Shown here: in pieces, positions 47,350-64,000 of the stretch | How the letters are laid out: each line of letters begins with the position of its first letter | How positions within the stretch are numbered: the first letter of the stretch is position 1 | Assembly (NCBI GenBank): GCA_951406725.2 | Contig: OX597837.1 | Location: forward strand, 16,864,001 to 16,928,000 | Source of the DNA: Octopus vulgaris | Lineage: Eukaryota | DNA: 64,000 bases | Direction of reading: 5' to 3' | Position numbers and translations under genes: made by a program | The notes under the pieces: model-generated | Database searches by the model: none | What the model was told of the DNA's origin: nothing | The model's input: only the letters and a program-made list of their open reading frames with translations

Positions 47350-48694
47350 TATCACTGGAAGTTCGTGTGTGCCCCAACTATTTGCCTTTCTTCCCGACAA
47401 AAACGAAGCCTTGTATCATCGTCTCCTGTCTTCTGTGTGTGATTTAAGGCCAAATTGTTGACTTGTAGCCTGTCTCATGGACTCTGAAAAAGCTTTCCAT
47501 CGTGCATTTGTTTCTCTATTTCCGTATTCAGAAGTAGTTGGGTGTGTCTTTCATCTCGGATAGTCTTGTTGGCGGATATGTGCACTTGGTGAGAGTATGA
47601 GTTACAACACAGATGAAAGTTTTCAGCTTAAAATTAAGTGCTTTTGTGCTTTAGCATTTTTGCCAATTGAAGACGTTGTCAATGTATTTGAAGGTTTGTT
47701 TGACGATGAAGACATCCCTTCTGAGTTTATCACATTTGTAAGGGGGTGCGGTCCTCGTCGGCGAAGAGAAACCCCACATTTTCCTATACAACTCTGGAAT
47801 GTACGTCTTAAAGGACTTGCCAAAATCAAATAATTCTTTCGAAGAGTTCCAAAATTCTTTGCGCTCATCACTAACATTCACACATCCAAATTTGTGGAAA
47901 CTATGCACTGCCCTTAAAGCTGAGGCGGGATTAAGCCAGACAAAAATTGCACACATTCGACGTAGAGAAAAAAACCTTTTCTACTCTAGGCAAATGGCCC
48001 GAAATTTTTGGGAGGGGGCCAGTCGATTTGATCGACGCCAGTCCGCAATTGGTACTTAATTTATCGACCCCGAAAGGATGAAAGGCAAAGTCGACCTCGG
48101 CTAAATTTGAACTCAGAACGTAAAGACAAATGAAATACTGCTAAGCATTTCTGCCAGTTAACCGCCTTAGACCTATCAAATTATTGATGCACAACTGAAG
48201 AAGCTAGTTCAGGAATATCAAAATGAAAACCCTCTGCAATCTTTAAGAAGTATTGTACACAATTTGTCTTAAGAAATTTTTTTTAAAATAAATTAAACTT
48301 TCTTATCCTAACTCTACTTCACAATGTACACGCTGTCAATTTTCATCCTATTGCCATAATAAAATGTGTGCTAAAATTTAATCTTTTCTTTCTTTATCCC
48401 AAATTATATTATTTTTGAAATTTTGTGATGAGTCTTTTCCATAGATTCTTGCTCGATGGGAGGACATTAAAGTGATCCCATCTCAATTTAAGTAGATTCT
48501 ATTTCAACTTCAGACTCTCTCACTCTTCCCTCTCTCTCTTCTTAAGGCTTGAGAAACAGACAGACAGACAAATTAAATAAACATGGTGATTATTAGTGGG
48601 GGAGGCTTATATTGGAAGTCTGTCCATGGGTGGAATTTACCATGGTGGAATATACCGTGGTGGAATTTACCTATGGTGGAATTTATCTAGAACC
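47350..48694 (+). pseudogene. MULE-type transposase remnant with repeat-containing terminus; SINE family 1 inserted at ~47975-48170 (minus)
   Basis: LLPDKNEALY, MDSEKA, GCVFHL, ALAFLP, FPIQLWNV, PKSNNSFEEF; four ggtggaat(t/a)ta units then tctagaacc at 48629-48694. Confidence 0.8.
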
Positions 48695-48702
48695 ACACAT
48701 AT

Positions 48703-49010
48703 GCTGAGACCCCCTTCGGTCATGACTGAGCATGGGATTGCACCTAGAAAGTTACCCTCCCAGGCACAAGTCCGGCCAAGGTTGTTTATGGAAGACCAGC
48801 AGTCGCCCATGCATACCGGCCTACCCCCTCCACGCCACCGATGTTATCCAAGGGAAAGGCAGGGCCGTACAGCTTGGCACCTGTGACGTCACTGAGTGAA
48901 CTGGAGCAATATGAAATAAGGTGTCTTGCTCAAGAACAAAACACACAGCCCGGTCAGGGATTCGAACTCACACCTCACGATCGTAAACTCGACCACTGAG
49001 CCATGCGCTT
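48703..49010 (-). mobile_element. tRNA-derived SINE family 3
   Basis: Minus strand gcgcatggctcagtgg...gagttcgaatccc. Confidence 0.85.
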
Positions 49011-49086
49011 TCACCACATACACACATACATACATACATACATACATACATACATACATACATACATACATACATACATACATACA

Positions 49087-49320
49087 TACCGTAAATCCTC
49101 GAGTATAGTCCGCCCTTGAGTATAATACGCAGGGGATTTTTAGGGGGGTGTACCACTGAAAAACCTAAACCTTGTGTATGATAAGCACCCCTTCTCTAAC
49201 TTGAGTCGTGCGTAATTAAGCCAGCAGCACCTAGTCGAACAAACACTTCCTTGCATGCATAATACAATAATGGTGATGTTCTTAACTGTTATATCGGAAT
49301 GTAAATACGTTTGCAAATTG
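49087..49320 (+). mobile_element. Terminal fragment of a TA-targeting DNA transposon (Tc2/pogo-like TIR)
   Basis: ta|ccgtaaatcctcgagtatagtccgcccttgagtataatacgca. Confidence 0.5.
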
Positions 49321-49321
49321 G

Positions 49322-49670
49322 ACAAACACTCCCTCTGGCAGGTGCCAGAAATGTAGCGAAGACTTTGCCTGGCTGGTTGTAATGCCATAGTTTCTTGTTG
49401 ACGTCTTTTCTTGTCATTCCATTTCTTCTCTCTCCCTCTATCACTCCTTTGTGTTCCCTCTTTTACGGAACGTCGCCAATCTCCAAGGTTGCTGGCAACT
49501 GCTTCCCAGTTGCTAATATTGATGTCGCAGGCCTCCATGTCCCTTTTGCAAACATCCTTGTATGAGATGGCTTGGACATGTTAGCCGTATGGAAGATGGC
49601 AGAATCCCCAAGGACATACTCTACAGAGAGCTTGCTAGGGGCACTAGGTCTGTGGGAAGACGTTCATACG
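49322..49670. mobile_element. RTE LINE 3' fragment with inversion
   Basis: Plus strand RWLGHVSRMEDGRIPKDILYRELARGTRSVGR (49562-49660); minus strand YKDVCKRDMEACDIN..WEAVA..WRRSV (49322-49562). Confidence 0.85.
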
Positions 49671-49748
<78 letters not shown>

Positions 49749-50270
49749 GAGTGAGAGAGCAGTGCATCCCATCTGGGGCAAAATATACGAAGCCCAGTAT
49801 AGCCATCATGACTATCCGTCTGATAAGGGTACTCTAGGCACATGCATCACAACCATATATGCGCGACATGGTGATCTCCTATCAAGATAAACAGCACATG
49901 ACCTTGCAGGTGGGGCCCAGTTAGAATTTTCTTCTGGTCGAGTAGCCCATCTTGCTCAAAAGGTCCCCGAATAATGGTTGTTTGAGGATGTTGAACGAAA
50001 CACCCATGTTTCCAGAGGTAAATTATTCAAACACCAAAGAATCCCTCTAAACACATGGCTATAATGCTCCCCCACTACTTCTGCTCGTGATTAGAGCTAC
50101 ACATATCGTCAGCCACTAAGAGATATGCTCAACTGGTTAAGGTCAAACAACTGACAAGCAAATCTGTGGTATTTGGCAGAATATTTGCTGTAGCCTATCT
50201 TTTACACCAAGACAAAACAATGTACATGATAGCACTTCCAATCAGTTAAGATCAGAAGCCATGAGAGCCT
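49749..50270 (-). mobile_element. Non-coding (TAA)n-associated interspersed element, copy 1
   Basis: Highly similar to 54556-55087; abuts (ATT)n at the same nucleotide (att|gagtgagagagcagtgcat). Strand is tentative. Confidence 0.8.
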
Positions 50271-50362
<92 letters not shown>

Positions 50363-50401
50363 TATTGTCATTATTTATTATTTTTGTTGTTGTTCTTGTT
50401 G

Positions 50402-54555
<4,154 letters not shown>

Positions 54556-55205
54556 GAGTGAGAGAGCAGTGCATGCCATCAAAGTGACACTGGGGTAAAA
54601 TATACGAAGCCCAATATACCCATCATGACTACCCGTCTGATAAGGGTACATCAGGCACATGCATCACAACCATATGTGCGCGACATGGTGATCTTATAAA
54701 AAGATAAACAGCACATGACCTTGCAGGTGGGGCCCAGTTAGAATTTTCTTCAGGTTGAGTAGCCCATCCCCCTCAAAAGGTCCCTGAATAATGGTTGTTT
54801 AAGGATGTTGAAAGAACCACCCATGTTTCCAGAGGTGAATTATTCAAACCCCAAAGAATCCCTCTCAACACATGGCTATGATGCTCCCCCACTACTTCTG
54901 CTCGTGATCAGAGATGCACATATCGTCAGCCACTAAGGGACATGCTCAACTGGTTAAGGTCAAACAGCTCACAAGCAAATCTGTGGTATTGAGCAGAATA
55001 TTTGCTGTAGCCCATCTTTTATACCAAGACAAAACAATGTACATGATAACATTTCCAATTAGTTAAGAACAGAAGCCATGAGAGCCACTGCCTGGTACTG
55101 CATCAGGGCATCTTACTGCATCAGGGCATTTATACTGTATCAGGGCATTGGTACTGCATCAGGGCATTGGTATTGCATCAGGGCATTGGTACTGCATCAG
55201 GGCAT
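54556..55205 (-). mobile_element. Non-coding (TAA)n-associated interspersed element, copy 2, with terminal ~19-nt tandem repeat
   Basis: Matches 49749-50270; six tactgcatcagggcat-type units at 55091-55205. Confidence 0.8.
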
Positions 55206-55224
55206 TTTATTATTATTATTATTA

Positions 55225-58200
55225 CTTTTTTTTCTTCTTTCAAATTTGCTTCCATTTCTTGCTGAGTGTCTTCCCGACTCCTAGGGCAAAGAAACTCATA
55301 GTATACATTGGTAGGCCATTAAACCAAACTCAATAGTTCGTTCATTTTTTTTTTTTTTTAAAGTTGAATTAAAATACATGAGCAGCAACAGTTCTCACAT
55401 CGACAATGCTCTTCTCAATACGTGTGATGTACCAGTTAAGACAATGCAGGGATGGTAAGCCAGGGATCATTCTCATATAATTTTCGGTTCCCTTCTTGAT
55501 CATTCCTAGTGCTCCTACGATCACTGGTATTGTAACCGCCTTGAGATGCCACATTTTCTCAATTTCAATGAGTAGGTCTTTATATTTTCTGAGCTTGTCA
55601 AACTCTTTTGCTGAGATATTATGATCACAGGGGATACTCATGTCGATCAATAAGCAAACTTTATTGTTTTGGTCTTTCACAACAATATCTGGTTTATTGG
55701 CCTTGATGGTTCGGTCTGTATGTACTGGAAAGTCCCACAGAATGGTTACATTTTCTCCTTCAGTTACAGCCTCAGGGTGGTGATTATACCACTTGTCGGC
55801 AGTTTTGATATTGTAATGCCGACTTATTAGCCAATGTAGATATTGGCCAACTCTGTCATGTCTTAATTTATACTCCACTGGTGCTGAGACTTTACATCCA
55901 GAGATTAGGTGGTCCACTGTTTCAATCATATCGTTGCAGAATCGGCATTTTGGGTCTGCTCCATTTTTCATCACATTGGCCTGGTAGTTCCGGGTTAATA
56001 GGCTTTGATCTTGAGCAGCCAGGATGAAACCTTCGCTCTCTGCTTTTAGCCCGGAGCTCCGTAGCCACTGATGGGTTTGCTTCTGGTCAACATCAGCTTT
56101 TTTGCTGCGGGTCACATATTTGCCGTGCAGAGGTTTCTCCTCCCACCTATCAGCCAATTGCTCGTGCGCTTTTTTCGTTGCCATCATTTTCACCTTCTTT
56201 GCAACAATAGTTGCCGTACTTCCCTCGAGTTGTTCAGTTTGGGTATCCTGCACGAGATCAATAGCAAATTTTTTGCTCTCCTTTATGATAGAATGAAGCT
56301 TCTTTCGTCTCTCGTGATTTTCCACGAGCTTTAGCATCCAGTCATTCGATATTTCGAGATATTTGGCCAGTCCAATTGTGGTTGTTTTGTAAGCTAGTTC
56401 AAATTGGATCAGGCCTCGACCTCCTTGGGCTCTGGGAAGGTAAAGGCGATCTACGTCTGCCTTTGGGTGGTGCATCCTATTACAACTCAGCAGCTTGCGT
56501 ATTTTTCTATCTATATTCTTTACTTCACTCATATTCCAGTTCAACACATTGTAGCTATAAGTAACAACTGGAACTGCTAAGGAATTTATAGCTAACACCT
56601 TGTTACGTGCATTTAGTTCAGATTTCAGGACTGCACGAACTCTCCTATAACATTCCTTCCTGATTTTCTCTTTCATGCTTGCATGCTGAATACCAGAGCC
56701 TTCATTTATCCCTAAATATTTGTATGTTTGTTCTTGCTCGAGCTCTCTTATGACTGTGTCAACATCTAACACGACTGAATTTGTGGTCTTCACTTTCCCT
56801 TTCTGGAAAGTGGCCTTGGCACACTTCTCAAGTCCAAACTCCATCCCGATGTCATCGCTGAATGCTTTCACGGTGCGCAATAGGCCTTCAAGTTCATTAT
56901 TGTCTTTACCATAAAGTTTTAAGTCATCCATATAAAATAGATGGCTTATTTTTTTATTGGCAATTTTATACCCATACCCTGTTCTGTTTAATTCACTTGT
57001 AAGGGGTATTAGGGCTATGCAGAATATTAAAGGGGAAAGTGAGTCACCTTGAAAAATTCCACAGTTGATGTTTATATTTTCTGAGGCAAGTACTCCATTA
57101 GAGTGGTATAATTGGAGATTCGTATTCCACAACGACATATTGTGCTTCAGGAAGTTTGAAATCACGGGAAATTTTGAAGATGTCCAGCGATCTCAAGATC
57201 CATGGATGCGGTATACTGTCGAAGGCCTTTTTATAGTCAATCCATGCGGTGCTGAGATTTCTGCGCTTGTTGTGACAGTTCTCAAGGATCATACGATTGA
57301 TTAGCAGTTGATCTTTGCATCCGTAAGAGCCTCGGCGGCACCCTTTTTGTTCAATGGGGAAAATATCGTTCTTCTCCATGAATGCATATGTTTTCTCCGC
57401 CAGGATAGATGTTAGGATTTTATACGTGGTGGATAGACAGGTTATAGGCCGATAGTTTTTTGGAAGGTTGGTTTCGTTATTCTTCGTAGGTAAGTAATGC
57501 CACTTGCTAACCATTCAGGTGTTTTCTTTGGGTCTCTCATAATTCCATTGAGCAGCTGAACTAGCTTACCGTGTGCGCATGGGAGCGATGCGAGCCAGAA
57601 ATTCGGCACCCTATCTTTACCGGGGGATTTCCAATTATGGCCCTTCGTGAGTGCCTTTCTTAGGTCTGCTATTGTGATGTCTTCCCATGCTTGTTGTAAA
57701 TTTTGGTAGGATTCTTCAGTTTGTATAATCCAGTCTGCATTTATGTTGTACGTCTTCTTGTCACTCCAAATCCTTTTCCAAAAGTTTTGAACTTCTTCCA
57801 TGGGAGGGGGGTCTTTAACGGTTACTTTCTCCTTCCCTATTTCTCTGTAGAATTTTTTGGCATTGGATGTGAACAGCTTATTTTGCTTGTAAAACTTGTT
57901 TCTCTTCTCAAATCTTCGTATTCTTTGGGCTTTTGCTTGGACTTTTTGTTTCAGCGTTTCTTTTATTGATATCAGTTCTTCTCTTGGTGAGGATCCAAAT
58001 TTTCTCTTCATCTTTCTTCCTGTTCTGGATCTTACATCATTTCCACATATTAGTTCATTTAATATTGATATTTCCCCTCTCATAAATTCAATCTCTTTTT
58101 CAATTTTACTTCTCCAGGTTTGATTTCTTCCCAGGTTTTGTTTTCTTTGTTTTTTCGGGGGCATACAGCTGGTTTCAATTGCCCTAGCAGAAGCGTAAAT

Positions 58201-59166
58201 AATTTCATTTAACTCAGTAAAATCAGGTTTTAATTCTCGTATTATTTCATTTGTTACATAGTTGCCAATTTGGATTTGTTTTTTAGTTTGGTTTGTATTT
58301 GAGAGTTTATGAAGTGGTTCTCTATCATTCATACTTGTATGTCTTACAACTTCAAGCGTATTCAGGATTTTCTGCCTCATTTCTGCCATAGACTCTCTGT
58401 GTTCTCCAGCAAATGCGAGATCTTCAGTTACTGTTGTTTTCTCGTTTTCCTGGCTATCTTTAACAGGTACAATAGAGTATCTTCAGGCGTTTGCGTACTT
58501 TGGTCAGATGGCAGTCTTTCAATTAAGCCTCGTGGCGGGCTATACTGTTCATCTGATTCTTCATTTCCTTTGTGTCTTATATTTATGTCATTTTCCGTTG
58601 CGTGCTTGATCGCGCTTATTTCACTGTCTGTGAGTCTGTTATTTCTAAGGATATCCCTCCTCACATTTGCTAATTTGTTCTCGTCCAAATAGGGCCTACT
58701 GTCTTGATTCCGTGTTCTCCATATACTGTAAGAGTTTGCGGTGTGTCTCTCTTGAGATGGCCTACCTAATGCATAGTAATAAGCGTATATTACTTCTTTA
58801 TACTCTTCTCGGGTCCATTTGTTCCGCTTACATTTTTCTTTCTGTGGTGGTTGTGGTGGTGAACTTGGAGGGCTCGAGTTGGGGGATTTCCCGTTCAAGT
58901 GACCATCCATGTCCGTATTCGGAGAAGAGTTTGTGCCAGTTGATGACTTTTCGATCCCAGGCTGGCTCTTCCCTGGGGGACGCGCTTCCAGATTAACCAT
59001 AGGACAAGCGATTTGGTATACTGATTTAGTTTTCCTTTTAGTTTCCAAAAACATTTTGGTGCTACGATAATGTTATCATTTTTTAGCTTTGATTGGCTCG
59101 TGGGTAGACGGCCATCATTGCCGTTACAATTATAATCGTACCATTATAGCAGCCGTAGTCGGCTTA
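55225..59166 (-). mobile_element. R4/Dong-type non-LTR retrotransposon, family B, apparently full length with a few frameshifts
   Basis: ORFs 58428-59054, 57442-58389, 57098-57514 and 55369-57165 join into one RT-REL polyprotein: KWTREEY, NYRPITCL, WIDYKKAFDS, QGDSLSP, YMDD, CRFC..ETVDHLISGC, RHD, KPDIV; (TAA)n-like flanks. Confidence 0.95.
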
Positions 59167-59450
59167 TTATTGTTATTATCATCACCATTACCATCACTAT
59201 CATCATTATCACCACCATTACCATCATCATTATCATCATCACCATCACCACCATCATCATCAATGATATTGTTTTATGTGTAGTCACAGCAGTATCTTAT
59301 TATTGTTATTTTTGTTTTTTTATCATTATCACCATCACAGTAGTGTCTGTCTGTCTCGTTGGCTGGCTTGGTGGTTGGCTGGCTGACTGTCTTCAACACC
59401 AGAGTTCTTGCCTGTCAAATAATACTTTCTTTGTGTTGGTTGGACTCTTT

Positions 59451-59487
<37 letters not shown>

Positions 59488-59640
59488 GATAGATAGATTA
59501 TCAGCACTATTACTATCATTATTATCATCATCACCATCATCACCATCACCATCAGTGATATATTTTTTTTTAGGTGGGGTGCTATCGGTCAAAAAAAAAA
59601 GTTCAGATGTTTACTACTATTAGGCTTAAGAAAAATTAAG

Positions 59641-60391
59641 GAAGGGCTGTTCTGTATTGTTTGTGAATAGAGAAGTTGTGTTCGACCAGAGAGAATCTTA
59701 GCATCATCATTTTTTTTTTCCATGTGCGTTTGTGTTATTGCAATAAAAAGTGTTTGTATATTTCCTGTAAGGTAATATTGTGGAGGTTGAAGTTGACTTT
59801 TCTAGAGATGTTTGTATGTCCAGTTAGAAGAACAGGTGTGTTTTTACAATAAAAAGTATATGTTTACATTTATATTTGAATATTCAGGGAGGAAGCAAAG
59901 AAAAGTCAGATTTTCATAGAAAGTTTTAGGGTTTTGTAAGTCCACAAAAAGAAAAGCGTGATGTTTTTAGAGAGAAGAAAAAAAAAAGGATGTTTACAGA
60001 GGCAATTGTGGGTATCAAAGTCTTTAAATTGGTCGAATGTATGATTGAAAACTGTAGATATGTAAATTTGTAAATTTTCTTAACTTATTTTGAAGGGCTG
60101 TTCTGTATTATTTGTGAATAGAGAAGCTGTGTTCGACCAGAGAGAGTCTTAGCATCATTATTTTTTCCATGTGCGTTTGTGTTATTGCAATAAAAAGTGT
60201 TTGTATATTTCGTGCTTATTTTGAAGGGCTGTTCTGTATTATTTGTGAATAGAGAAGCTGTGTTCGACCAGAGAGAATCTTAGCATCATTATTTTTTCTA
60301 TGTGCGTTTGTGTTATTGCAATAAAAGGTGTTTGTATATTTCGTGCAAGGTAATATTGTGGAGGTTGAAGTTGACCCCTCTAGAGATGTTT

Positions 60392-60392
<1 letters not shown>
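59641..60392. repeat. Three copies of a ~130-bp unit
   Basis: gaagggctgttctgtatt.tttgtgaatagagaag.tgtgttcgaccagagag at 59641, 60092 and 60223. Confidence 0.9.
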
Positions 60393-60453
<61 letters not shown>

Positions 60454-60456
<3 letters not shown>

Positions 60457-61880
60457 TAGTTTTATTTTTATAGCGTGCTTTCACTTCACTATGAGCGCAG
60501 CTATGTCTACTTAGGGTATTTGATGTGATGCCCTTATGGTTACTGTATTGAAAGGGTTTTGCGTAGGATGTGTGCAGTTCCCAGCTGTGTAATTTTCTGT
60601 ATGTTATATATATTTGTAAGTCCTGGTGTTTTTGTTATGTGTTCTGAATATTTTTTATCATACATAATGCGCCTACTATGATAGGAATTGTTTCTGTTTT
60701 TAGATTCCACGTTCGAGTTACCTCTATTTCCAGGTCTTTGTATTTTGAAAGTTTCTCCATTTCTTTTAGAGAAACGTTGTTATCTGCTGGTATTGATACA
60801 TCAATTAGAAAGCATTTTTTTTCTTAATGATCTCTGATAACTATATCTGGCCTATTGGCCTTAATTTCTCTATCTGTGTGTATTGGCATATCCCAGAGTA
60901 TGGTTGCTTTCTCGTTTTCTGTGACCTTTTCTGGTGTGTGCCTATACTATCTTTTTTCTGTTGTTATTCCAGTGTTGGCATAGCTTCCAGTGTATGTAGG
61001 TCTCAACTCTGTTGTGTCTGTGAATATATTCCTTCTTAGTCAGGACTGGGCAGCTAGAGATAATATGATTTATTGTTTCTTGTCCATCTCCACATATTCT
61101 GCAGTTACTTTTTATGTTTCTTTTCATTATATGTTTTTGGTCATTTCTGGTGGGGAGGCTTTGGTCTTGTGCTGCAATTAAAAATCCCTCAGTCTCTGCT
61201 GTGAATCCTGAGCTTCTCAACCATTGCTGGGATTTTCCTCTGTCTATTTCTTTTGCATTTAATTTAGCCCAGTATTTGCCATGAAGGGGCTTTTCTTGCC
61301 ATCGTTTTATCATGGTCCGTTACTGTTCGAGTTTTAGCTTGGATTTCATTTGTCTTATAGCTTTAGTGGTTTCTTCTTCTTCATATTTGTTAGATAGTAT
61401 GATTTCTTGTTTGTATTTGTCAGCTTCCTTAAATACTGAGAACAATTTTCTGTTTTGCTCGTGTTTTATGGCTACTTGTATTAGCTTTCCTTGCTTCTGA
61501 AGTAGGCATTGTTGCAGTCCTATGGTGGTTATTTTATAATAATTTTCCAGCTGTATAAGGCCTCTACCACCTTCTATACGTTGTATATATAGCCTTTCTA
61601 TGTCAGATTTTGGTTGGTACATCCTAGATCCTGTCATTATTTTTCTTGTTTTCCTGTCTATTTTGGTTAGTTCATTTAGTGTCCAGTTAAGGATATTGTA
61701 GCTGCAACCTGGACGGCTAAGGTGTTAATACCTATTATCTTGTTTTTAGCATTGAGCTCTGTTTTTAGTATTGATCTAACTTGTCTATAGTATTCTTTCT
61801 TTATTTTCTCTTTCATTTGTGTGTGTTGTATCAAATCTAGTTCTTGGTTTCCTAAATATTTGTATGTCTGGCTTTAGTCT
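60454..61880 (-). mobile_element. R4/Dong family A, 5'-truncated diverged copy
   Basis: Same 3' end (att|cagtagttttatttttatagcgtgc) as 50464; near-identical REL peptides; (TAA)n on both sides. Confidence 0.93.
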
Positions 61881-61885
61881 AATTA

Positions 61886-61963
<78 letters not shown>

Positions 61964-61966
<3 letters not shown>

Positions 61967-64000
61967 TCCTTCGTAACACAACGTAGGTAAAAATGCACCG
62001 GAGTCTTTAGTCATCTTTCAAGTCACAACAAGGACCTCAAATAGATATTTTCCTTAAGATGTATGCTGTGCCCAATAAGGCTGCTTTTTGCAAGGCATCA
62101 ACCTTGCATGGGATTCCCAGTTGCCTTAAGAAGTCTTAAAGTTTCAATGGGATTGAGTCCAACGCTATGATCACCACTGGTATCATTTTTACATTACCCT
62201 CTCGCCTTCCATACAATCTTGCCATTTCCACTTTCAATTTGGAGTACTTGGTGATTTTTTTTCAATCTCTTTACTCACAACATTCATGTCATTTGGTATG
62301 GCTACAACAATGATCTGACAGTATTTGTCTCTCTTATTCAATATCACAATATCCGGCCGACGGTGTTCGATTACACGATCCGTCTGAAAATCATAGTCAC
62401 AGACTATCGTTACCTTTTCGTCCTCCTGCATAACTTTACTTGGTACATGCTCACACCCGTTCTCTGTTAGTTCATATTGATATTTACGGCATAAGAGCCA
62501 ATGAAGATACACACACTCTTTATCGTGGCGGCACTTGTATTCATTTTGTGCAAGGCTCTCACATCCAAAAGCAGGTTACATTTTTACCACACTCTTCCCA
62601 CAGAGTCTGCATTTCTGGGTATCAGAAGTTTATAGATGTTATACTTAACTTGAATTGGTAGCGAGAGCCTGGTCTTGTGCAGCAATGATAAAACTTTCGG
62701 TGGTACGCTTCAAATCACGTCGCTCAAAGCATGCATACGATGTTGTATTACCCTTAACGTCTTGTGTATTCCTTTCAAACTGTCCATGCATTCTCATTTC
62801 AAGGTCTTCTTTTCTCTTCTTCTCAGCTCTTTGGTTAAACTCTTCCTTGCCCATCATCTCATCTGTATTTACACCCATATCTTTCGTGGCATATTACAAC
62901 AGGTCTTCATCACTATTTATCAAATACTCGACAAGCGTTCTCCTTTCACTCCTTATACAATAACCTATGCTAATTAATCCTCTGCCACCATTCTTTCTAT
63001 TCATATACAGTCTGTTTAAGTTTGCTTTAGGTTGTAGCGCCCCATGCAGCGTCATCAACTTTCTCGTCCTTCTATCCAGTGTTGATATTTCCTCCTTAGT
63101 CCATTTGAGGATGGACGCACTATATCTGACCTCCGCAACTGCCCAGATATTCATTGCGGTAATCAAATTTTTGGCATTCAGGTTGGATTTCAACACCATC
63201 TTCACCCTTTTTTGATACTCCTCGCCGACATTGACTTTCATTTCTCTGTATAGAGTGTCATCCAGCTCCAAAATCCATAAGTATCTATACCCACTACTGT
63301 CGGGTCCACCCATGGTCTCTCCTGATGGTAACCGCAATCCTCTGCAGGCTGCTTTCTTCCCTCTTTTCATATTAAGTACTGAGCATTTCGTAATCTCAAA
63401 TTCTATACCGATGTCTCTAAAACACTTCTGGATTGTTTTGGTTATGGAATTTATTTGTTTTTCAGATTTCTCAAACAATTTCAGGTCACCCATAAACAGA
63501 AGATGGTTCAAAGATGGGCCTTTCTTCCCACATCGGTAACACATCTTAACTTTTCTAAGTGTCATTGTTGTGGGTATTAGTGCAGTTACAAAAAGTAACG
63601 GAAAAAACGAGTCACCTTGGAAGATTCCTCTTTTAATATTAACTTCTCTATGCATCAGAAAATTTGTGATGTTGTCAGCAACACCAAACACGTGCAGGCA
63701 TTCAGCGATCCAAGAATGAGGCTCCATATCATATGCTTGTATGATGGTTTTTACAATGCCTCGAAACTGTTTTATCGACGACTAGGCGATCCTTGGTACC
63801 ATGAGAACTCTTTCTACATCCTTTTCGTTCCCTTGGTAGTATTTCTCGTCCAGGAAGGTGTTTGTCTTTATCGCACATATTCCAGTCAGTATCTTCCAGA
63901 TTATGTTTAGGCATGCTATGGGACGGTAGTTTCCCAGAATATTCCGCTTTCTTCTATCCTTCCTTACAAGTGTTGTCTTCCCAGTCACCATCCACGCGGA
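61964..64000 (-). mobile_element. R4/Dong-type element, family C, degenerate, runs off the right edge
   Basis: NYRPIACL, GIFQGDSFFPLLF, LFMGDLKL, AAQDQAL, HRRPDIV; 3' end abuts (TAA)n at 61881-61963. Confidence 0.9.

Overview
Animal (eukaryotic) intergenic or heterochromatin-like DNA, AT-rich and dense in microsatellites. The SINE repertoire suggests an octopus/cephalopod genome (inference). I see no host protein-coding gene, rRNA, true tRNA or CRISPR array; almost every long ORF is a microsatellite artefact or a transposon remnant. The window is a nested pile of mobile elements: a pogo-type and several Tc1/mariner-type transposase pseudogenes, MULE-like and CxxH-transposase remnants, Gypsy gag/protease fragments, solo LTRs with 4-bp TSDs, a two-LTR TRIM-like element, several Helitrons (one with a demonstrable empty site), RTE fragments, three tRNA-derived SINE families, and a roughly 14-kb co-oriented chain of (TAA)n-targeting R4/Dong-type RT-REL retrotransposons interleaved with a non-coding companion element. 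The most interesting signal is a series of minimal type I hammerhead-ribozyme motifs (about ten copies in seven elements) in Penelope-like and AT-rich foldback elements next to (TA)n or (TATG)n tracts. They include a compensatory U3-A8 core variant, a recurrent GAAG (A15.1G) variant, and a pair of inverted copies with complementary lesions. Coordinates were read by eye and element boundaries may be off by a few to tens of bases.
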